Notes under the pieces: model-generated
What the model saw: the letters and a program-made list of their open reading frames with translations, nothing else
Databases searched by the model: none
Told to the model about the DNA's origin: nothing
Assembly: GCA_043718025.1 (NCBI GenBank)
Contig: JAYSWN010000098.1
Coordinates: 1 to 30,784 of the forward strand
Source: Pseudomonadota bacterium
Lineage (GTDB): Bacteria; Bdellovibrionota; FAC87; UBA2466
Direction: 5' to 3'
DNA: 30,784 nucleotides
Shown here: piece after piece, positions 16,922 through 25,591 of the stretch
Position numbering within the stretch: position 1 is the first letter of the stretch
How the letters are laid out: each line of letters opens with the position of its first letter
Position numbers and translations under genes: made by a program

Positions 16922-17706
16922 AAATGCTTGCTCACAAACTAACGCTAGTCGCTTTGGGTTTAGCCTTTCACGCCACCGCCCACGAAAACGTCCTCTTCCT
17001 GGTGGACGTCTCCGGAAGCATGGCCGCGCTGTTACCCAACATCGCCACTACCCTTCGAGAGCAGGTCGTCAGTCCGCTACGTCAACAGTCTGGCCAGGGG
17101 CTCATCAGCTTTTCTGGTTGTGGCCGAGGTTTCGTCAATTATTTGGTTCCACTGGCCAAAAACAATGGACAGCAGATGAAAGAGGGCGCCGGAAAACTGC
17201 GGCCCGATGGCGCAACTGACATCGTCGCACCGCTTGAAGTGGCCAGGGAGACCATCCTCAAACAGCTACACGATACACACGAGTGCACCAATATCATCCT
17301 TTTTACCGACAATGAGGACACCTGTGGCAACGGCAATAAACACCACGATGTGCTTAGGGAAATTCAATCTCTTTGTGCGAACTACTCGGTGGATTTCAAT
17401 GTGGATGTGATCACCTCTAGCGTAAATGAAGAGGTTCTCCTTTTCCTCGATGGCATCACCGATATCACCGGCGGAAAAATTTACGACGCGGCGACGGTGG
17501 ACGAAATTGCGGCGCGAATCAAAACGATTGTCGAAGGGTACAAACGCAAGAAGGTAGGAACCCCGATGACGTCCAAAGCGACCACCCCCGAAAAGAAAGT
17601 GGTCGCCGATAAACCGGTTCAAGCGGTGCCCCGTCCCCAACTCAAAAAACAGCCTGCAAGAAGCGGGCAAGATGACAAAAAAGAAAAAAAAGAAGGTGGA
17701 CCATGA
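16918..17706 (+). CDS. Exported vWA-domain protein (MIDAS intact, YwmD-like subgroup)
   Basis: Signal peptide ending AFHATA. MIDAS DVSGS (17005-17019), T in PDGATD, D in IILFTDNEDTCG. Lys/Pro-rich C-tail. ATGA overlap with the upstream stop. Confidence 0.88.
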   Translation: MKMLAHKLTLVALGLAFHATAHENVLFLVDVSGSMAALLPNIATTLREQVVSPLRQQSGQGLISFSGCGRGFVNYLVPLAKNNGQQMKEGAGKLRPDGATDIVAPLEVARETILKQLHDTHECTNIILFTDNEDTCGNGNKHHDVLREIQSLCANYSVDFNVDVITSSVNEEVLLFLDGITDITGGKIYDAATVDEIAARIKTIVEGYKRKKVGTPMTSKATTPEKKVVADKPVQAVPRPQLKKQPARSGQDDKKEKKEGGP

Positions 17707-20306
17707 ACAAGATTTCTATCGTTTTCTCTACACTATTAGTATTCTGCACCCTGTCTCTAGCGGACACGACCGAACGCACCGAGCTAGAAGTAGATCGCAA
17801 TGCCGCGGGTCAGATCACCGCGATTCGCTGGAAAAGCGATGTCGCCCTAAGTGAAGCGGTGACCCCCGAGCTGCTTGAAATCATCACCGCGGATCCGCAA
17901 GCACTCTATGTTTCACCCAATTTCTCTCACGCCTTAGTCAAGCTCCCCTTTGGCACCGAGGGAGCCCTTATGGGTGACGTAGTGCTTTTGCGTCCCGGGG
18001 TGATAACTGGCCTTCCTAAACCAGGGGAAGGCATTATTGGGCAGTCGCCGACCGCTATCTCACTCAATCGATGGGGCTTTTACTATACCCGCAACTCGGG
18101 CTCTGTATTCACAGTGGAACACTACGATTTGGTAAGAAGTGCTTCCGAGATTCTGCAGACACTTGATGCCGGTCAGGTGGGTACCCTACACAATATCAAG
18201 TTGTCAGAAGACGTCGTAACTATCATTAGTGGTGGCACGAGCATCGACTACCGTCCCAATAAACGCCGAGCGCAGTCCACCCTAATTTTTAGCGCGCTGG
18301 CCCGCGATAACATCGACACCATCGAAGGCAGTTTCGGCGGCATCAATCTCACCAAAAGGGCGCTAGATGGCCAGTTGGACCCGGATGAGTCAGAGAGCGC
18401 TTTGGCGATTCAGATGGCTGAGAATATTCACCGCAGCCGAACGCAAAGAAGCGTTCTGCTCTGGGGAATACCCGGTAGCGATACCCAAGGGGTCGTCCAT
18501 CTCTTTGCCCAACGGGTAGCCGAAGCCAAAGAGGGAGATAAGCACTTTGGCTGGTTTGCGGGTTGGAGAGTCTATCAGATGAGTTGGGCCAATCTTAACA
18601 CCGAGGGGTATGTCGACGTCTCCTCTAACAAAACGATCAAACTCATCAACGCCACAAGGCAGAGAAAGGTGATTCTCTTTTTCGACCAAGCGGAACAGCT
18701 GATCGGGCTTGGCTCCAACAAAGACTATCGAAGCGACGTGGCGAGTGTTCTCTTAGGCTCAATGAAGTCAGGCGAAGTTATTATAATTGGCGCCACCACT
18801 TCGGATGGAATGCCCACCATGCGGTCTAATTCCGAAATGTTCAGTAGATTTTTTGAAATTCCACTTCCTGAAGCAAAGGGCGACCGTCTCTTGGCAAAAC
18901 TTCGTCTATCTGCCGACCGAAAAAGGGACGAATCCCGCGTAAACTTTTCGGATGAGTCACTTAAGAAGATCGTGGCCGTCAGCGATAAATATCTGAGCGA
19001 CAGAGGACAGCCGGAAAAGAGTCTGGCCGGCATCGAGGCACTTATCACTGAGTTCACACCACTTCGGCACCTAGACCCCGCCATTGACCCGGAAACCGTC
19101 CCGTTTAGAGACATCACCGAAAACAATGTAATGTCTTGGATATCAAAGGCAGCCAGAATCGGCTCACTTTCCATTGACGGGTCCGAAGCCCTCGCTAAGT
19201 TCGTACTCACTCAGGAGTACAGCGATGCGATGAACCGGCGAATGTCTGGTCAAAACGGCGCCAAAGAGGCCGTGCGCGATGCTCTGCTCGCCATTGCCAA
19301 GGGTAATAAAAAAACTAACTCTCAAGGCAAGGAAGTCGGCATTGAGACTCTGCTCATGGTGGGTCCGTCCGGATCGGGGAAGTCCTACATTCACCAAGTT
19401 TTATCGAAAGTGTTGGCAGAAAAAGACATTCTCTTGCCCTATGAAGAGCCAATGGAAGGCTCCGTTCTCATTGATGGCGATCAGGCCGTTCGTACCCTAC
19501 TGGGAGCGGCGCCTGGATACATTGGATTCGATCCCTCTGGTGAGGGCGGCCTTTTATACCAAAAGGTAAAACGTTCGCCTCAAGCCATTTTGGTGCTTGA
19601 GGAGTTCGACAAGGTCCATCCGTCTATTGACCTGACTCTCTATTCCTTTTTGGACGAGGGGAAAGTCCAAAACGTCACCGGCAAGGTGGCCTGGTTTACC
19701 CGTGGTCTATTCATTCTCACGGCGAATTTCGGTGTCACCGGCTCCGGAGGTTCCACAAACCGCAACGGCGCGGCCGGGCCCGCTAAGCCTGCCCAGTGCG
19801 ACTACATCGATCGCTGGGATCGACACCATCTTTTTCCCGTCGGGGATCCCCTTCATATAGATGACCCGATGGTGGCTAATTGGACCGAAGAGGGTCTCAG
19901 AGCGGCCCTTTTCACTTGCTTGCAAACGAACCAACTTCTTAACCCCCAAATACTTGGCCGAATCGGTCGTTCCAATCTAGTCATTTTTCATCACCTCACG
20001 CGCGCCGACATTCAAACCATTCGTGATCAAGAGATCGCCAAATTGGCGAAAGAATACCTTCAGACTCATGACGCTAAACTGGAATTCACTCCCGAATTTC
20101 TACAATGGCTATTTGATTTCGCGTGGGGCGTCGACGGAATGCTCACCTTTAACTCAGGTGCCCGCGGAATCGTTGACGCGGTGAAAGCAGAAGTCAGCAA
20201 ACCGCTTCTTAAATTTGCGGCCCTTGGCGGTGACCCAGTGAAAAGCAAAACTTGGAAAATTGAACTCACTACAAACCCAGATCAGGCAAAAGTCTCGGTG
20301 AAGTAA
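17703..20306 (+). CDS. Second Clp/Hsp100-type AAA+ protein with signal peptide (degenerate D1, near-canonical D2)
   Basis: Signal peptide MNKISIVFSTLLVFCTLSLA. D1 relic: NLTKRALDGQLDP, LLWGIPGSDT (Walker A Lys lost), ILFFDQ (DE>DQ), IIGATT, SRFFEI, KYLSDRGQPEK. D2: MSGQNGAK, GPSGSGKS (19362-19385), pore loop GAAPGYIG, VLEEFDKVHP, ILTAN, PQILGRI, GARG. ATGA overlap. Confidence 0.88.
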   Translation: MNKISIVFSTLLVFCTLSLADTTERTELEVDRNAAGQITAIRWKSDVALSEAVTPELLEIITADPQALYVSPNFSHALVKLPFGTEGALMGDVVLLRPGVITGLPKPGEGIIGQSPTAISLNRWGFYYTRNSGSVFTVEHYDLVRSASEILQTLDAGQVGTLHNIKLSEDVVTIISGGTSIDYRPNKRRAQSTLIFSALARDNIDTIEGSFGGINLTKRALDGQLDPDESESALAIQMAENIHRSRTQRSVLLWGIPGSDTQGVVHLFAQRVAEAKEGDKHFGWFAGWRVYQMSWANLNTEGYVDVSSNKTIKLINATRQRKVILFFDQAEQLIGLGSNKDYRSDVASVLLGSMKSGEVIIIGATTSDGMPTMRSNSEMFSRFFEIPLPEAKGDRLLAKLRLSADRKRDESRVNFSDESLKKIVAVSDKYLSDRGQPEKSLAGIEALITEFTPLRHLDPAIDPETVPFRDITENNVMSWISKAARIGSLSIDGSEALAKFVLTQEYSDAMNRRMSGQNGAKEAVRDALLAIAKGNKKTNSQGKEVGIETLLMVGPSGSGKSYIHQVLSKVLAEKDILLPYEEPMEGSVLIDGDQAVRTLLGAAPGYIGFDPSGEGGLLYQKVKRSPQAILVLEEFDKVHPSIDLTLYSFLDEGKVQNVTGKVAWFTRGLFILTANFGVTGSGGSTNRNGAAGPAKPAQCDYIDRWDRHHLFPVGDPLHIDDPMVANWTEEGLRAALFTCLQTNQLLNPQILGRIGRSNLVIFHHLTRADIQTIRDQEIAKLAKEYLQTHDAKLEFTPEFLQWLFDFAWGVDGMLTFNSGARGIVDAVKAEVSKPLLKFAALGGDPVKSKTWKIELTTNPDQAKVSVK

Positions 20307-20329
20307 GTAGTTCGGCAATGGAGTAGATC

Positions 20330-22378
20330 GTGAATCGTATTAATAGAAATAAAATCCCAACGGCATTTATCCTCGGACTTGCCTTTTATCTTCCGGTCTA
20401 CGGAATTGACGAAACCAAGGCCCCCCCGGCGACCCTCGCCCAATTGGCGCAGGCGGATCAAAAACAAGACGCGGCTCGAACGGCAATTCTTCAACAACAA
20501 AAAACGGAGCTTCTGGCCATCGACGAACGGCGAACTAAAATTGGCACCGACTTAGACAATGAATTGAAGAAACTGCAGACCGCACGCGAGGAGCTTCGGG
20601 CCACGCATGGCAAGCGCCAGATTGAAAGTGCCGCAAAGATGGCGGCGTTAGACGAAAAGTTCCAAGCGCAGTTGGTTCTGTTGAGAAACAAGCGCAGCCA
20701 AGTCTCCACGGCTAACGCCGCCAAGATTGTTGAACTAGACAAAGAGCTTGCGGTCATTCAGGAACAAGCAAGGGTGCGGTACACCGATGAGGTTAGTAAA
20801 TCGCTAAAGGCTCACGACGAAAAAAGAAAAGGGCAAGAGGCCGCGCGGGCCGCCAGTGAAGCGACGGTCGAAGACGAGAGAGTCGCCGCTTTAAACGCCT
20901 ACTTTGAGGCACTAGCCGCCCACGAAGTTGCCACCCAAGCTGAAACCCAGACGCTGGATCAGGCTAAAAGTGACCAGCTAAGCGAACACGCCACAAAAAC
21001 GGCGACGTTAACCGATCTATACAACGAGCAGTTGGCCAACCTCGCCGCCGAGCGGGCAAAAATCGCCCAAACCTCGTCTGACAAACTATACAGCCTACTG
21101 CAGGTGACCGATCGAACTACGCCGGTGGTGGTTGGTCCGCTGCAGGGAAGCAAAGGGCACTCCCTTTCCGATCTCGCCGAGGGGCGGAAAATAGACATGG
21201 TATTTACCTACGCAGGAGTAACGCTACCCACGACCGATCCCATGACCACAACTCTCTCTAAGTCGATCTCCAACGTTGTCGCCGGAATTTATGTTGAGGG
21301 CTTCTCATTTTCTGAGGACGGTGAAATTCTCTTTTTGGCTAAGCCGCTCACCATTGCTCTTCACTACACGGTTGGCGGCATAAAGCTCAGCTTGCCAACG
21401 GCCGCTGAATTGAAAATGCAGCAGACCATTTTGGCGGCCCTTATTCAAAATCTCTACCGCGTTCCGGAGGAAAGCTTTACTGGCTTAAAATATGAGCCCG
21501 TAGATACGGCGGGAAAAAAGGTTACCTACCGCGATAATCCACGCCTTACCGCCGTAATACGCGCGTTGGTAACAAGAAATAGTGGTGATCTCACGGGGGT
21601 TACTCAGGTCGACGATCAGACCTTTGCCATCGACGGAAAAGCGTTTCGCGTTAATTGGTATTTTACTGACGCCAATAATGCTGTTCAACCCGTGTCCCTC
21701 AAACCAAAGACCGAACAAGATGAAATACAGGCGCGATGGGTAAGGGTCATGAAACGATCCTTCACCCCCATCTCAGTCCCGGCAAAAGTCAGAGCCAAGC
21801 TTGCGACCGCTGCAAGCGTCAGTGGGCCGGCCACCATAAAACTCGCCACACTATTGAAGGCGCCCGACCGCTGTAAGGGGTTAATTTTTGTCCAAAATGG
21901 AACGGGAGAGATTTTGGTGGCCCGGGCCCAGGATAAAGCAATGTTATTCACAGCGATTGGCGTGGACTCTCTAGGGGGGGTCGCCTGCGCCGCAGATTCA
22001 ATTGCCGTTGTTGCCAAAGCAATACGGCGCACCGAACTTCTCAAATTTGATATCAATCAAACCCCGGGAATAGACATTCCCGCCGCTGACTTGGTGGTAA
22101 CCGACTCCCAAGTTGAATCGCGCGGAAACATTGCCACGCTATTCGTTATTCACCAGAACATTCTTAAGATCGCCGTGGTCTCAACGGAGGGAACCTTTAA
22201 AAAGGTTCAAGCCCTCGGCACTGAAAAGGGTAGCTTTCGCGCCTGGTCGGCAGACGAAAAAGGCGTTTGGAATACTCAATTCACTTTCGCCATTCCCTAT
22301 GATGCTTCTGTCGTGAATCCAGACGTTGGCTCAGTGCCTCCGGCCGAGTCCGAACTCACCGTCGCGGAGGGTAAGTGA
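20330..22378 (+). CDS. Exported protein with long N-terminal coiled coil and beta-rich C-terminal region
   Basis: SD GGAG then GTG, hydrophobic leader (TAFILGLAFYLPVYG), about 220 aa of A/E/K/Q/L heptad-like sequence, then a mixed/beta region. No family recognised. Confidence 0.75.
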   Translation: MNRINRNKIPTAFILGLAFYLPVYGIDETKAPPATLAQLAQADQKQDAARTAILQQQKTELLAIDERRTKIGTDLDNELKKLQTAREELRATHGKRQIESAAKMAALDEKFQAQLVLLRNKRSQVSTANAAKIVELDKELAVIQEQARVRYTDEVSKSLKAHDEKRKGQEAARAASEATVEDERVAALNAYFEALAAHEVATQAETQTLDQAKSDQLSEHATKTATLTDLYNEQLANLAAERAKIAQTSSDKLYSLLQVTDRTTPVVVGPLQGSKGHSLSDLAEGRKIDMVFTYAGVTLPTTDPMTTTLSKSISNVVAGIYVEGFSFSEDGEILFLAKPLTIALHYTVGGIKLSLPTAAELKMQQTILAALIQNLYRVPEESFTGLKYEPVDTAGKKVTYRDNPRLTAVIRALVTRNSGDLTGVTQVDDQTFAIDGKAFRVNWYFTDANNAVQPVSLKPKTEQDEIQARWVRVMKRSFTPISVPAKVRAKLATAASVSGPATIKLATLLKAPDRCKGLIFVQNGTGEILVARAQDKAMLFTAIGVDSLGGVACAADSIAVVAKAIRRTELLKFDINQTPGIDIPAADLVVTDSQVESRGNIATLFVIHQNILKIAVVSTEGTFKKVQALGTEKGSFRAWSADEKGVWNTQFTFAIPYDASVVNPDVGSVPPAESELTVAEGK

Positions 22379-23400
22379 GGCCCTTCTTTTTCACAATCGC
22401 CTCCCTGTTATTTTCCAATTCCTTAGTGGGATTTGAGATGGCGCCTTTAAAAGGGACGTTGAGTGAATTCCCTCTTCTCACGCGAAGTAAAAATCAACCG
22501 GCCATGGCGGTTTTAGCCGGCAATTCTCTTATTTTTACCGAGGGCACAAATCTCGACAGCGACAACCCTGAAGACTGCCCGGCGACCGATCTTTATCGAT
22601 ACGATCTCGCCCAAAAAACCGAGACCAGAATCGCCGAAATTAGCTGCGTCATCAATTTGCTATCAGATGGCAAAGTTGCTTACGTGATTACCAAAGATGC
22701 TCAGAAGGTTCTATCCGTCGGCCGAATTACCGATGAAAAGACGTTGGAAATTGAACCTGAAGGTTCACTCGCCCGCATGATCGCAAAGGTGGCCTTTAAA
22801 CGCTCGATCCTCAAGCTACCCAAAGGCAGCGAACTAAAGCAGCTGAACTACGTGATCCGCGACAACGAGCTGAACGCGGTGTTTAAAACCGACACCCATC
22901 TTTTTCTCGACGCCGTGATTTTCGACCAAGCCTCCAAACAGCCGGTCTTGCCGTTCGAGCTTAAAAACGGCGTTGGCTCTTCAGTTGGGTTGAGTGATGG
23001 AAAAATTCTCTACGCCCTTACCGCCGGCGATGGTGCCTGGTTGCGCGTGGTGGAAATGGGGGCCAATGGGGCTAGCGCCACTTTGGGCCATCCACGCCCC
23101 CTCGCCAAGGACTGGACAAAGGCCGGAGTTTTAGAATGGGCCGTGAGAAAACCCCGTTTTCTGGTCGGAGTTCCCGATGGCTTTCTCGTAGCCGATCGCA
23201 CCCCCGAGGTGTTTTCGGAAGCCACCGCGATCTCCTGGTATTGCAGCACCGAAAAACAATTCTACCGACTTAATATCCCCGACCAAGATGTTGGGGGGTT
23301 GAGCTACGTACACGGTGGCGTGTTGGTTTCTAAGCCTATGGCCGGGTCGATCGTTTGGTACGGTAATAAAAGTCCCTTTCAGACTGAGGTGAAAAAGTGA
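22375..23400 (+). CDS. Exported hypothetical protein, possibly beta-propeller
   Basis: GTGA overlap with the upstream stop and a leader MRPFFFTIASLLFSNSLVG. Repeated short strands (SLIFTE, LYRYDL, KVAYVI, KILYAL, GFLVAD, GVLVS, SIVWY) are typical of propeller blades. Confidence 0.65.
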   Translation: MRPFFFTIASLLFSNSLVGFEMAPLKGTLSEFPLLTRSKNQPAMAVLAGNSLIFTEGTNLDSDNPEDCPATDLYRYDLAQKTETRIAEISCVINLLSDGKVAYVITKDAQKVLSVGRITDEKTLEIEPEGSLARMIAKVAFKRSILKLPKGSELKQLNYVIRDNELNAVFKTDTHLFLDAVIFDQASKQPVLPFELKNGVGSSVGLSDGKILYALTAGDGAWLRVVEMGANGASATLGHPRPLAKDWTKAGVLEWAVRKPRFLVGVPDGFLVADRTPEVFSEATAISWYCSTEKQFYRLNIPDQDVGGLSYVHGGVLVSKPMAGSIVWYGNKSPFQTEVKK

Positions 23401-24497
23401 AGAAAAATTCCAGTATTTTGTTTTGTAGTTTCATTCTGTTGGTCCTCGCGCTGATGGGAAGCTGGGCTTCTTTTTCCCACGCTCAAGAGCACAGCGATGA
23501 CACCGCGGCGATTTTAATCACCGAGGCCAGCCTCACCAAGTTTGGAAAAGGAAACGTGGTGGGCTACTTCCCAAAGGCGTTAATTTCGCGAGATCCCACT
23601 CGCCGCAAAAAAGGCTACTTTATTTTTGACGACAGTGCAGAAAGTTTTGAGAAGACCCAAATCCCCCTACAAATCACATTTGAATGGGGCACTAAAACCC
23701 TTGAGCAAAGCTCCAAAGATTGGAAACTGGGGACTCCGGAAACCTTTACCTACGCCTTAGCCACCGACGTGTTTCTCGCTAAATTACGCCTTCTGTTGGC
23801 GGAGAATTCAAAAGTGTTAGCGCCCGACTTTCTGCCCACCGAGCCTTTTACCGGTTTAAAATCGATTGCCAAGGAGACTCCGGTCAGTCGCTACCTCTTA
23901 AAGAAGGGTTCTGAAACCTCATATCGCATGGAGATAGGAGATCGCACTCTGCTGGACGAAAAACACAAGAGCATCAGCCTTCCCGAGGTCGTAAACCAAA
24001 TGGCTTTGTACCAGCAACATTTTAAAACGGTAAATTTACAGTTGCAGATTTTTAAATTGCGGCCCGGTGAACGCCCAAATAACCCTCGACTGGTGCAAGG
24101 CGTAGCGTTGGTTCGGCACCACCATCCCGCCATGCCGGAGGGACGCGTAGTGATCAATTATGGCGCCACCCGCCCCCCGTGGAGCATGGCCACCAACCGA
24201 CTGGAATTTGCCGGCGAGAGTGTTGATTTCGAATTTCCTGCCTCCACATTCATAGAAAATGTAGTTGCGCCATTGCTGGTAGAGAACGGCAAGATCCCGC
24301 TCAAATTCGAATGCGTTATCGGTGATTTTGAAGAGGAGACGGCCTGTAAGAAGAGCAAAGACGGATCAATTACGGTGAAAGGAAATTTAGCACCGGGCGG
24401 ATCACTAGCTTTCATTATCGAGCGGGCCGCCAATGCCAATGAGTCGATTGACGCGTACCGGGATCTTTACCGGGTCGATATTCACACGGCCAAGTAG
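23397..24497 (+). CDS. Exported hypothetical protein
   Basis: GTGA overlap, SD GAGG, signal peptide MKKNSSILFCSFILLVLALMGSWASFSHA. No family recognised. Confidence 0.72.
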   Translation: MKKNSSILFCSFILLVLALMGSWASFSHAQEHSDDTAAILITEASLTKFGKGNVVGYFPKALISRDPTRRKKGYFIFDDSAESFEKTQIPLQITFEWGTKTLEQSSKDWKLGTPETFTYALATDVFLAKLRLLLAENSKVLAPDFLPTEPFTGLKSIAKETPVSRYLLKKGSETSYRMEIGDRTLLDEKHKSISLPEVVNQMALYQQHFKTVNLQLQIFKLRPGERPNNPRLVQGVALVRHHHPAMPEGRVVINYGATRPPWSMATNRLEFAGESVDFEFPASTFIENVVAPLLVENGKIPLKFECVIGDFEEETACKKSKDGSITVKGNLAPGGSLAFIIERAANANESIDAYRDLYRVDIHTAK

Positions 24498-24525
24498 AAA
24501 TCTGCGTCGGAAGGGAATAGGGAAC

Positions 24526-25563
24526 GTGAAGTTATTTTTAATTAGCATCCTGCTTTTGGCCGGTCGACCCAACTTTGCCTTTTCAGAACAAGCGGCGGGC
24601 GTTCCGGGCGACGATTTTGAATCGGATGAAGGTTTTTTAAACGAAAAACTGAAAGAAGTCCGCCTTAGTCTCATTAGTGCCAATACCATATCGATCAATG
24701 GCGTGCAGGTGCCTCCGATGGCCACCCACTACTTTTACGACCAAACCTCGGTTCGCTACGTAGGGGGGCCGGCAGGAACAAGCTCATGGCCGATTTCTCC
24801 TTTTTTTGTAGACTCCCAAACCATTTTCTCTTTACCCGAAAATGGTTTCACGACGAAGTACGGAAACTTTTTGGGTAAGGCGGCGGCAGGAGTTTTTGCC
24901 TACTTCGAATTACTTGACGAGCCGATTGGGATTCAATCGTTTGACAGTCCAGTAGTAGAAGTCCCCACCCTGAGCGAAGCCCAAAAAAAAGAGGCAAACC
25001 AAGATCGTTTCACAACCATCAAGGCTCTATTTGATAACTCAAAGTTGCCAAATCTTTCGACGACAGCCGTTAATTCCGTTTGGGTGGGACGCTGCGCCTT
25101 TAAATCGACTCCCGATGTAGAAACCGGCGCGCTTTTTTCGTTAACCGCGGACGGGACAATGGCTAAACCATTTCTCTACACTGCGGCACGCGCGATGGAT
25201 TTGATCAACGGTAGTGTGGCTGCTCAGGCCGATAGATTCGAGCAGATGGGCGAAAGTTCCATCGCGGCGGCCACTCAACTTCAAACTCAAACCGGGCTTA
25301 AATATAGTCCGCTGAGCGAACGCCCCCTGCAGACTCGTCCATTGGAACTCAATTCCCTCTTCTTTGATTACAAAAAAGAATTTGAACGGGGAATGGTGCG
25401 GATGGGATATCGCCTGCGAGATTATACCGGCCCGACCGGAAGGCGCGTGGTTGTTTTAGAAGGTTACTCTCCTTTTAAAGAAGGCGCTTCGTTCACGCAG
25501 AAAAGAGTTAGTTATCTCGAACCACTTCAATACTGCTACTTCAGCCAGCATTGGAAATGGTAG
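24526..25563 (+). CDS. Exported paralogue 1 of the four-gene 'KALFD...WxGRC...YCYF' family
   Basis: In-frame GTG at 24526 after GGGAATAGGGAA gives signal peptide MKLFLISILLLAGRPNFAFS and avoids overlap with the upstream gene. Shared C-terminal domain from ~24847. Confidence 0.78.
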   Translation: MKLFLISILLLAGRPNFAFSEQAAGVPGDDFESDEGFLNEKLKEVRLSLISANTISINGVQVPPMATHYFYDQTSVRYVGGPAGTSSWPISPFFVDSQTIFSLPENGFTTKYGNFLGKAAAGVFAYFELLDEPIGIQSFDSPVVEVPTLSEAQKKEANQDRFTTIKALFDNSKLPNLSTTAVNSVWVGRCAFKSTPDVETGALFSLTADGTMAKPFLYTAARAMDLINGSVAAQADRFEQMGESSIAAATQLQTQTGLKYSPLSERPLQTRPLELNSLFFDYKKEFERGMVRMGYRLRDYTGPTGRRVVVLEGYSPFKEGASFTQKRVSYLEPLQYCYFSQHWKW

Positions 25564-25591
25564 TGCGTTTTTTTTAATGGAGGAGCTCTCG

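Noticed and set aside
13151..20306. Calling the AAA+ genes clpB/clpA/clpV (housekeeping chaperone or T6SS TssH)
   Set aside because: They have no Clp N-domain repeats, no middle domain, dead D1 rings and signal-like leaders. No tssB/C, hcp, vgrG or baseplate genes are present in the window.
13151..20306. Degenerate D1 motifs read as pseudogenisation
   Set aside because: Both ORFs are long, uninterrupted and translationally coupled, and they retain D2 and protease motifs. The loss is motif-specific rather than random decay.
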